NCBI GenBank assembly: GCA_016748015.1 | Contig: JAAOMT010000135.1 | Coordinates: 434,001-498,000 of the forward strand | DNA from: Geosiphon pyriformis uo1 | Lineage: Eukaryota; Fungi; Glomeromycota | Direction of reading: 5' to 3' | Length of the DNA stretch: 64,000 bases | Part shown: positions 1-9,800 of the stretch, one piece after another | Numbering within the stretch: position 1 is the stretch's first letter | How the letters are laid out: every line of letters begins with the position of its first letter | The notes under the pieces: generated by a model | What the model was told of the DNA's origin: nothing | Seen by the model: only the letters and a program-made list of their open reading frames with translations | Databases searched by the model: none | Translations under genes and position numbers: made by a program

Positions 1-336
1 CAGATAATTGCCTTTGAAAAGATAAAACAGTTCCAAAAGAAGCTCAAAAAGAAAAAAACCTATAAAACACTTTCCTTAAGTATTGGTGACTTAGTTTTGG
101 AATACCATTCAGACAGAGACAATGTCTATGGTGATAAATTCTCCAGCCGCTAGAAAGGACTTTTTATAGTCAACAAAGTTTTGAACAATGGTTTTTATAT
201 CTTACAAGATCAATATGGAACAATCTTCAATGATCATCCTGTTCATGGCATACAACTCAAAAAATATCACAAACGACCTAATTGGTTATTTGTTGTGGTA
301 ATACCAACCCAAATGATCAGCAAAAATCAGATATAA
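1..336 (+). pseudogene. Integrase C-terminal (GPY/F, SH3-like) fragment of element C
   Basis: Frame 1 reads IGDLVLEY...DKFSSR*KGLFIVNKVLNNGFYIL...VHGIQLKKY, homologous to the integrase tails at 13613-13951 and 19354-19794. Confidence 0.8.
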
Positions 337-377
337 ATAAATGCACCATTCCCAAAACAGAGGTATTTTCAATCAAC

Positions 378-1034
378 ATGAACAATTATTTCCTGGATCA
401 AAACATTCAAAACGCTTTCTATACTTTCCATGAGTACTGGATCAAAAATTATCCAAATGCTACTCTGACTATTGGAAAACAAACCACTATAACAGACAAC
501 AGTGGAACTCACACTGTTATTAGACCAAAGAAAACAACTACCAGAAGAGAAAAAATTGGTGGCAAAATGGATAAATACCTGCTGGAAAGCATAACAGCAG
601 CAATACTTTCACCTTCCAGCACAATTGGAAAAACAATACAAGAAATCTTGCCCATAGACAAAAACTTGTCATATGGAAGACAACTAGAACTCTATGGTTG
701 TCTTGGTGAAATCATAGAAGACATGAAGCTCATGAAGAAAACAACTTCAGAGATACAAGAGGAAATTTTGGGCATTATATGATTGGATGTCCCAAGAGTT
801 TTGACCATTGCTAGAAGAGCCAGAACTCTTATACAAAGATTTGGTCTCTTGGATACAAAACTTATTTCACCTCAAGTATTATATACCTTATCCACAAAAG
901 ACTTCAACAAACTAGTTAGTTTTGAGTTAGACAAAACTCTTCACATAAACTATTCCATAAATAGCTTGATTTCGCCAGAGCTCAATCTCTTTGGAGAGGA
1001 TGATATTACGGTTGAAACTCATAGTTTTTATTAG
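378..1034 (+). pseudogene. ORF3 (unknown function, env position) of element C; one in-frame TGA at 780
   Basis: ORFs 282-782 and 783-1034 are in the same frame; ATG at 378; lies between integrase and PPT; motifs align by eye with ORF3 of A and B. Confidence 0.7.
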
Positions 1035-1729
1035 TTATCACATGTATTAGCCACTGATGTTATATAATTAGCCACCCTATTTTTAGATAGTGATTGTTGA
1101 CCTGATCAATGACCTGACCATTGACCTGATCATTGACCTGATCAATAACCTGATCGTTGACCTGATTGTTGACTTGATCATTGACCTGATCATTAACCTG
1201 GTCGTTAACCATTTTAGATAGCTATATAAGTGATGATTCCCTTAGCTGTAGAATGACATGAAAAAAGTAACAAAATAAACAATATCAATTACTTCCTCTT
1301 ATAATCACTTATTCCCCTTTTCTTACCTTCAAGTATCTACTTGTTGGCATTCACATACCTTATCTTTTCCTTTTCTTGATTTGTATTTGTTAGAATTAGC
1401 CTAAGAAGCAATTGGCTTGCTTTTGTAATTCATTAAATAAAGAAATGATTGAAAAGTACAATAATATCTGTTATTGATTCTAAGAATTGCCGAGTTGAGG
1501 CATAGAATAATAGCAGCGGTGTTATCTTGTTGACAATCACGGACTATTCCTCTACCTTCAGATTTAAGAAAAGATTAGTGACTATAATTTTTATGAGACT
1601 GATCATGCACATTGAATTCCTACTTATTCAATTCGCTCCCTTATTGTAATTCCCTCTTTGTTTATTTCCATCATCATACAATACTGTTCTCCCTTGTTAT
1701 CCGTTAGCTTGTTACTCCAACCCATAACA
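1004..1729 (+). repeat. 3' LTR of element C (726 bp)
   Basis: Follows the PPT; imperfect terminal inverted repeat; TATA-like CTATATAAG at ~1222; AATAAA at ~1436. Confidence 0.8.
1097..1210 (+). repeat. 12-bp tandem array (TTGACCTGATCA)x~9.5 in U3 of the C LTR
   Basis: Directly visible; bracketed by TTTTAGATAG direct repeats and immediately upstream of the TATA box. Confidence 0.9.
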
Positions 1730-2219
1730 CTATCAATACTTCATGTTGATAATAATTGATACTTAACCCTACTGGAACAATAGCTCTTAATCACGGCTAT
1801 TGATAAGATACTAACTTGCAATTGCTTTTGTTTACTTCTTTATTTTCTTTTATTTTCTTTTATTTCTTTTTGTTATTTCTTTGGTTTTACTAAATTGATT
1901 AAAGATTAAGTGCTAAGATACAGACATTATAGGGACTGGTAAAAGACCTGTGAAACAAGAGTAAAACACTCATAGATTTGAGGATAGCTTACTAGGAGGA
2001 TTACCAGCCACCATACTGAGAAAGAAATTTGACAAAACTACAGTTTCAGGAAGCTATGGATAAAACCATCAATTAAATCTCTGTCCATTATACAAAGGAC
2101 TCAACTTTAAAACCTTCAGATACAATCAACATACCAATGTCAACAGTTTTGTCAAGATATTAAGCACCAAGTTATGGATTTGTTATTTGATTTGAGACCC
2201 CAAATAATCATCTGTAACA
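1730..2219 (+). repeat. B1 5' LTR, 3' portion
   Basis: Near-identical to 20886-21163 plus 22062-22273; ends CATCTGTAACA. Confidence 0.9.
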
Positions 2220-2221
2220 TT

Positions 2222-2238
2222 TGGTGCTCCCTGTGAAG
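2222..2238 (+). promoter_or_regulatory. Primer-binding site of B1 (TGGTGCTCCCTGTGAAG)
   Basis: TGG starts 2 nt after the LTR; complementary to a tRNA ending GAGCACCA (Ile- or Thr-type by inference). Confidence 0.75.
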
Positions 2239-2278
2239 TATAATTTTACAGAGAACCAGCACCAACAACTAATCAACA

Positions 2279-5200
2279 GTGGCAAAATCAGAAAGTATAG
2301 GAGCAAACCATTTAGGATTTGCAAAATCCTTATTTCAATACTACTGTCAACACTTGAGATTAAATCACAATCATATATCAACGAAATCAGCCTTCAATTT
2401 CTACATCAATAAGAAAATTGCTTATTTGTTAGGGACACCAGTAAACACTGAATCAGCAAAAGAAACTTTTTACCACGAATTAATACAAAACACCAGCTTA
2501 CCAACAAATCACAATTTTGCATCCATCATTACTGAGATTAACAAAGAAATTAAACATCACACACAACAAAGATACCCAATCACCTACTCAAGTAAAGGCA
2601 AAGGAAAACTACAAACACCAACAGTAACACCTCAACAGATCCAACCACCCACTTGGAAGAAACACAGAATTGAATCACCTACAAATCCATTATATCATTA
2701 TACTTCTGAAAGTGCCATCCATATTACATCACCAAACATGTCTACATCAAATGTAACATCAACATTTGGATGATTCCCATTCCAAAGTAAACAAAGGAAA
2801 ACAGAATTACTAGGCCCATATGGCAAATATTTTGAAGGATTTCAATCGCAAACACCAATGCCATCAGAAATTTGATCACCACCACCTCCACCAGATTTTG
2901 GGATAGCCAATCCATGAGAAGTATCAGAATTTGAAGAAGAAAGAGAATCAGAAGATCAAAAATTTACTTACCAGAACCCAATCTCAGAAAACCCAGAAGT
3001 TGAAACCCCAAACGTTCAAACTCCGACAAATTTAAATCAAAAAAATCCGGAAATTGAGACTCCAAATATTCAAACACTGTGGAATCAAAATATTCTAAAC
3101 CCCAATTCAATCAATCAACCAAACTTATCTCCAAATACTACCACCAATCACCCACCAATTAACCCAATAGCAGAACCACTACTTTAACAACCAAATCAGC
3201 AAATTCAACAGCTGCAACAACAACTTTAACCACCCATTCAACAATAACAACCAAACATAGACCCAATGACATACATACCAATTGCAAAACTTGACAATTT
3301 CACTGGTGAAGAGGATGACGCCCAAGTATGGCTAACAATGTTGAGAAAGCCATTATCACAAATGGATGGAATGATGTCAAAGCTCTTCAAGCAATCCCAT
3401 ATTTTCTCAAGAACACTGCCAATTTCTGGTATTAGAGCCTAATCAATAAACACCAGGACTTCAATACATTCAAACTAGAGTTCCTAAGATATTTTAGTAA
3501 CAATAATAGTATCAACTAATTGATAAACACCTTTACTACTATCAAACAAGGAGACACAGAAGCAGTCACCACTTACTTGGAATGCTTCTATCAAAATCTG
3601 TGTCAAATCCAAGCAACTGATGCCAACTATTTCACAGCGCCACAAATCCTAAACCAATTTATTAGAGGACTGTATAGTAGCATCCTCCAATGCATACGTC
3701 CAATGCATCCAGTAGACTTTCAAACTGTAGTTACCAATGCCAGAGATTTTGAAGCAGCTAAACTCGAAGCCAATCATGCCCAAGCCATCAATCTAGTGAT
3801 GAATGGATCATCTGAATTGGATTCCAAATTGAAACAATTCAGTGATTTCATTAACCAGAAGCTTGAGGGATACTTAGCTGACAATTGCGCAATTTATCAG
3901 TCACTTCAATGACACAATAATTTAGGAATCACAAATTGCCCAGAAAATCAGTCGCATCCTTTATTATCCACCAATTAACTGTGGCAGCAAGAGACATGTA
4001 TCTACCACTATTGTGGTAAACAAGAACATTTGAGAATCGATTGTTGGTTAAAGATAGAAAACCAACAATTAGGAAATTAATATCGAAACCCCAATCACCA
4101 GTTTTTAACTCCAAGATATCAATCAAATGCAGAAATATATCAACCAAATTACATACCTATAATGCAGCCACAAATTTATCAGCCACCAATTTATCAGCCA
4201 ACAGCACTCGTTATTTATTACCTGCAGCCCCAACTCATTTATCAGCCACAGTCTTAAGTAATCTACCAGCTGCAATAAATGCAAACACTGCCACAGAACT
4301 TACCTCAAAATGGAACTCAAAGGCAGAAACTGACACAGCAAAGCTGGAGATCATCGATGGTGGTCTATCAACCGATCTCCAGTTCTATGGCACAACTATT
4401 AGGTTCTTGACAATGGAATTCAGATACCAGTTCCATTCAAAATCCGAATTCCCAACACTATTTAAGTCTTTTGGTTACTCCAGAAGATGTTATCTCCCAC
4501 AACTCAGAATTCAATCGACAATCAGTACTTACCAACAACATACCTCCAGCCACTGTTACTAATAACGAAACATTGGCTGCCATATTTCCTTTTGAATTCG
4601 AGGAAACCACAATGGTACTATTATTCAGTAGAGCCACCTTAGAGAAAAAACCTATCATGGTGATGTACACTGATGCAAAAGTCAATGGCCACCTCATCAA
4701 ACTGATCCTAGATAGTAAATCAGCTGGCAGCATTATCACAAGACAACTCATGGATCAATTAGGTCACCGAGTTGATCGAGCTGCCAGCACAAGAATTATC
4801 ACTGCTGATAAAGCAATTAAGACCTCTATTGGTGAAATTGATGACTTCCCCATAGAAGTCAATAGCATAATTATTCCAATCAAAGTACTAGTCATGGAAG
4901 CCACTTAGTACTAAGCACTAGTTGGTAATGACTGGCTCACAAAACAAATACCATTCTCGATTGAACCACTCAAGAGTTGCAACTTAGCCAAAACAGCTGA
5001 TACACACAAGTACCAGCAATGTGTAGCCATTTCAAACCCAGTCACATGCCAGCCCTACTAATTGACTTGGAGAAAGAGAAGCCAAAACCCACCTGGAAAG
5101 CATACCAAGTGTCATGGGCTGACAAAGACCACAATGAACTGCTCTCAATACTATCATGGGACAACAACAGAAAGAGAAAACAAAGAGAAGAGCTTACCTG

Positions 5201-5878
5201 GGAGACTGACAATCAGACCTGAACTGACAATGACAAAAATGAGCTGACACCAAACTGAGAATGAAAAGAAGAAAATGATAAAGGAAAGGGAAAAGAGAAA
5301 GAAGAAGAAACAACAACCACCAACACCACTTCTTCTAACTCCTACACTTACTTTATACTACTGCAATCTACCTATCATTGACCAAAACTTATATGCATTA
5401 ATTGTGGCAAGAAATTGTTATTAATGGGTGCATGCTGTGGCAATGATGAAAAATATGCAATGGCAACCAAATTCTACTGCTGCGCATGTGTTATAAAAAG
5501 ATTTGGATGACCAAAGAAGCAAGAAAAATGGAACAACCAATCTTGTCTTGCTTGTGAAAAAACTTTTTTGGATAAAGGAATGTGGAACAACATTCCAGAA
5601 TAAAAAAAAATATGCGACAAATTGTGCCAATACACGATTCTAATTAGTGACTGGGTAAGGAAAGAGACACTGATAGAAGCAGTCTGGAGAAGAGCAGTAC
5701 AACAATTGGACAGTTGTCCACATGATAATAACAAAATCTGGCAAATGGCACTCGCAAAAATAAAAGGAACATCATCCGAGGAGATCAAAGAAATTAAAAA
5801 CAACTCACCAAAACCAATAGAACTTAATTGGGACTCAGAATCAGTCATAAACTTATTAGAACTGAAAGAATTTCACAA
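2279..5878 (+). pseudogene. gag-pol: B1 polyprotein, 5' part: N-terminal domain, Gag (capsid-like region, CCHC knuckle), Q/P/Y-rich region, aspartic protease, start of Cys-rich domain
   Basis: Gag-like MTYIPIAKLDNFTGEEDDAQVWL at 3266; decayed knuckle (Y)HYCGKQEHLRIDC at ~4003; protease LILDSKSAGSII at ~4702; multiple stops. Confidence 0.85.
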
Positions 5879-6848
5879 TGTTATCAGACAAAATTAGAGA
5901 TATTATTTAGCATAAAAATTATCTTATAATTCCTATCATTAATTAGCATATATTATTGTTTCAAATTATCACTTATTACATTAGCAAAAATGTCCGAAAT
6001 TATCATTTAATTAATAACCCTAATTGTACACAACACAAATGTAACCTAATTGCGATGATCAATCATGCAATACCTCAAACTATGTAACATTTAAAAGTTT
6101 GCCGAAATTTATAGAAATTTGTTGAAATAATTGATAGTTCACTGAAATATCTAATAGTTTGTAGAAATAACTTGTAGTTCGCTAAAATGTATCTTTAGTT
6201 CAGCAAAATTGTAGAAAATAGCAAAGTTCAAGTTCATAGAATAGTGTTATAACAAGTTGTATAAAAAAAAAGCTTCTCTCTTTGAGAAAATATATCTTAC
6301 TTTAGTTTTATCACTTAGAACCATTCCTATACACACAAAAAGAAATAAATATTAAATAATTCGAAAAACCAAATTCTTTAATTATTTGCACTTGGAAAAT
6401 CCCCAAGAACCCAATTAACATTTTGAAATTGATTAACTACCAATTTCAGTAAACTGTTAGTGACTCCAGGCCTGGATAGAAAACGTTTCTCTTGACAAAA
6501 TTCTATTTCTTTTATTTTTTTTTATTTTCTTATCATAATCATTAAAGTAACCTACAGACGAGATTTCTGTAGAAGAGTTGACTTTCACAGCAAAGTAACT
6601 ACACATTTTAGTGAGCTTCCAGACGAACAATTCCTGGGAAAGAGTTGACATTTACTACAACATAACTACACAAAGCAACTGGCACGGAATTGGCCATTCC
6701 ACTTATAAGCCCAGCAGTTCAAATTATAGGAGATAATTTGAAAATAAATTCAGTTATTGGAGATTCAACCACATCCAAAAAACGTGAAATTCACAGTAAA
6801 CAAGCATTGACAACATTTAAGAAAAGAGACCAAAAACCTCCGGTAACA
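5879..6848 (+). repeat. A1 5' LTR (970 bp)
   Basis: TGTTATCAGA...CCGGTAACA; direct repeat of 14761-15741; TATA at ~6260; AATAAA at ~6344. Confidence 0.97.
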
Positions 6849-6850
6849 TT

Positions 6851-6867
6851 TGGTGCTCTCCCATGGA
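6851..6867 (+). promoter_or_regulatory. Primer-binding site of A1 (TGGTGCTCTCCCATGGA)
   Basis: 2 nt after the LTR; conserved in A2 (~32950-32966) and A3 (~23500-23516). Confidence 0.75.
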
Positions 6868-6894
6868 AATAACACAGCAACAACAAAATTCAAA

Positions 6895-9800
6895 GTAGCG
6901 ACCACACCAGATGCAACAACTCTAGAGTATTACCAATCAATTTACACCCACTGCAAGCAAAGATTCAACATTCCAGATGGAATTAAAGTTGTCAAGAAAT
7001 CAGTATACCAATACATTGAAAACCACATCAACAATTATCTTTTTGGAAATTACAATATCTCAGAAGTTAGAAGCAACCTTTACAATAATTTAGCACACTA
7101 TTCACAGTTGGGAACTAAAGACCTTAACAGTGAAACACTTGCCATTTACTTTCACGAACTCAATTTTAACATTATCAAATACTGTGAAGAAACATATTCA
7201 GTGCAGTCTCAATACACTATTGATTTTGAATCGAAAACAAAAACAAGCAACAAAGACAAAAACAAATTAAAGCAATATTCAAGAACCACCCCAAATACTT
7301 CAACACTACCAAAAACAACTGCCAACCATTTACAAACATCTGAACAAGGAACCAGTTCAAAACTTCCACTTACTATCACACTTTTTCCAGCTTCACTTGC
7401 ACAAGCACAAACACTTAATTCACCCTTAAATTGATTTGCAAGACCAGAAGATTTTACATCACTCAAAAGTCTCACCAGATAACAAGAACCCCTTTAAACT
7501 AGTTCCAATCTCCTTGATTTTTTAGCTGAAAATCAAAGTGAACACTCTGAGACAGCAGCAAATGAAGAAAACAACTCTGAAATAACTGAAGAAGAATCAA
7601 TAGACAGTGAAAACAAAGAAGACAAAATGACAACATACATTGCAAAAATCCCTGAATTCAATGGAGAAGATATTGAGACCAGTCTCCAAGAATGGCTCGA
7701 CCAAGTTACTAAAGCTGGAGATGCAAATGAATGGAATGCTGCCAGAATGTTAAGAACAATTCCCTACTTTCTCAAAGGAACAGCAGGAGAATGGTTTGAA
7801 AACTTGGCTGCTCCATTCAATGATTGGAATGCTTTCAAAGCAGTCTTCTTTGAACAGTTCACTGACAATAATACCTCTATCACCCTTTGTAATCATTTTC
7901 AAAATATCAAACAAGAACCCTCCGAATCTGTTATGACTTATATTGGGAAATTCAACAAACTTCTCAGACAAATTCGCCAACTCGAAACAAATGATTATTA
8001 TTCCAATGCTCAAATCTTGAATCAATTTATTGCTGGTCTAAAAGATAAACTAATTAAAAAGGTTTGCCCACATGCACCAGAAGATTTAAACTCTGCCATA
8101 CAGCATGCAAAAAGATACGAAATAGCCATAGAAGAGGCCAATCACACAAAACTTGTAAATTTGGCAATTGAAGAAACCAGCTCAGCAGCTGAGAAAAAAA
8201 TTGACCAACTCACAAAGAAGGTTAAAAACTATTTCACCAATCAACAACAACAGCAACCCCAAAGATATCAACCACCCCAAAGACGAAATCAAAATAACTT
8301 TGCACCACTTTCCAATAACCAGTCTCAAAATTGCCATTACTGTGAAATCTCTGGCCACTGAAAAAGAGATTGCAAAAAGCTATAACGAGACCAACAAAAT
8401 AGAAGTAATCAATGTTACCCTCCACTACAGCAATCTTATTATCAACTGCCACTACCAGCTTACTATCCACCAAGACCTCAATACCAAAATAACTATTATC
8501 AGCCCACCTCACAGCCAATCCAACAGCAATACCAACAATCGTTCACACAACATTATCAAGTACCTGCTCAAAGACTGCTTACACAGAATCAATTCACACC
8601 ACAAAACTGATACCAAGTAAACAACAATAGAATCAGTTTGAATAACCAATTGGTTTCTCAAAATTCCATTCAACCAAGACCCAACCACTACCACACTCAA
8701 CCCAGTTATTTAATAATGCCAGAAGAATAGGATTTTTATCATACTGCACCCTCGGAAGGTAGAGCTGCAGCACAACAACAAAACCCTTCCTATACTCTTA
8801 CCACAATTCCACCAGCCAGAATTGCTGAAAACGCTAACCTTTCAGATATATTCCCTTTTGAGTTCGAAGCAAATGAGTCACCATCCCTGCTTAGCAATGC
8901 AGCTGCCAATGAACAAAAAGCAATCACAGCTATGTACACTGAAGCAGAAGTTGAAGAAAAGACAATTCGCTTGATCTTAGACAGTGGATCCGCTGGAAGC
9001 ATTATTACCTACCAGTTAATGCAACAGTTGAAGAGAAATATTGACCAACCAGCTCAAACAGTAATCGTCACTGCCGATGGCATGAAAAAGACCCCAGTAG
9101 GAGAAATTAACAATTTTCCATTCACTCTTGATGGAATTACCATTCCAGTCAAAGTTCTTGTAATAGACACACCTCAGTACTAAGCTTTCGTCAGAAATGA
9201 TTGGCTTCAAAAAGCCAATGCTAATTTGAATTGGGAAACACAAGAGTTAACAATCTCCTACTAAGGACAACACGCCTGAGTATCTGCCACTTGTAGTACA
9301 TTCAACAAACACTTTGAAAAAGCCCCAGCTTTTGAATTCGAACCGGAAGAGGAAAAACCCCTCATTGAAACATTCATGGCTCTTGGATCAACATCCAACT
9401 GGGCTGATAAAACAGAACAAGAACATTTTACCCCACACTCTGAACTCAAACCCTCTGGATGAAATATCCCTTACTCAAAACCTGAACCAAGAAAACAATG
9501 CCCCTATATTCTCCTTAAATGTAAAGACTGCCACAAGAAACTATCATCAATGGGAGCCTGCATTTCACCTGAAAAAGAATATAAAAATCATACTTGTTAT
9601 TACTGCAAGGCTTGCCACAGAGAACAATGGGGCCATTTAATAAAAAGAAGCAGAAAATGGAACAACACTCCTTGTTTGACTTGTGGAGATATGCTACCAG
9701 AAGAATGCAATTGGATTGATGTAGCCATGAGAGGAGGAGTCTACAATCAGACCTGCCAATATGCTTTATCAATTTCAGAAAAAGTAAAAAGAGGAACACC

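Larger units (their letters stand above)
1..1729 (+). mobile_element. Ty3/Gypsy LTR retrotransposon family C, 3' part (integrase tail, ORF3, PPT, 3' LTR), inserted in the 5' LTR of B1
   Basis: Integrase C-terminal sequence at 1-336; PPT GGAGAGGA at 993-1000; LTR TATTACGGTTG...CAACCCATAACA. B-type LTR sequence resumes at 1730 (CTATCAATACTTCATG), matching ~20886 in the B1 3' LTR. Confidence 0.85.

Noticed and set aside
1097-1210. Regular short repeats resembling a CRISPR or telomeric array
   Set aside because: Contiguous 12-bp units without spacers, inside an LTR U3; no cas genes; not terminal.
2162-2170. Tf1-type self-priming by the PBS-complementary AGCACCAA
   Set aside because: It lies far downstream of the TATA-predicted transcript start and is absent from family A, and the PBS looks tRNA-like over ~17 nt. 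It is kept only as a regulatory hairpin.
4041-4562. Thr/Ala/Ser-rich 173-aa ORF, and similar ORFs at 8168, 31232 and 54144
   Set aside because: Alternative-frame shadows of the Q/P/Y-rich Gag region.
4458-4751. Antisense ORFs over protease and dUTPase (also 8790, 16016, 30811, 35107, 52129, 53589)
   Set aside because: Reverse-strand shadows of conserved coding sequence; starts and ends are inconsistent between copies.
6690-6872. Recurrent LTR ORF (M)ELAIPLISPAVQIIGDNLK as a real gene or Gag start
   Set aside because: The start codon varies (ATG, ACG, AAG) and homopolymer indels shift the frame between copies; recurrence only reflects LTR homology.
6843-6877. 35-nt GT..AG intron spanning the PBS that joins the LTR ORF to Gag
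   Set aside because: Very short, and the join is out of frame with Gag in A1.
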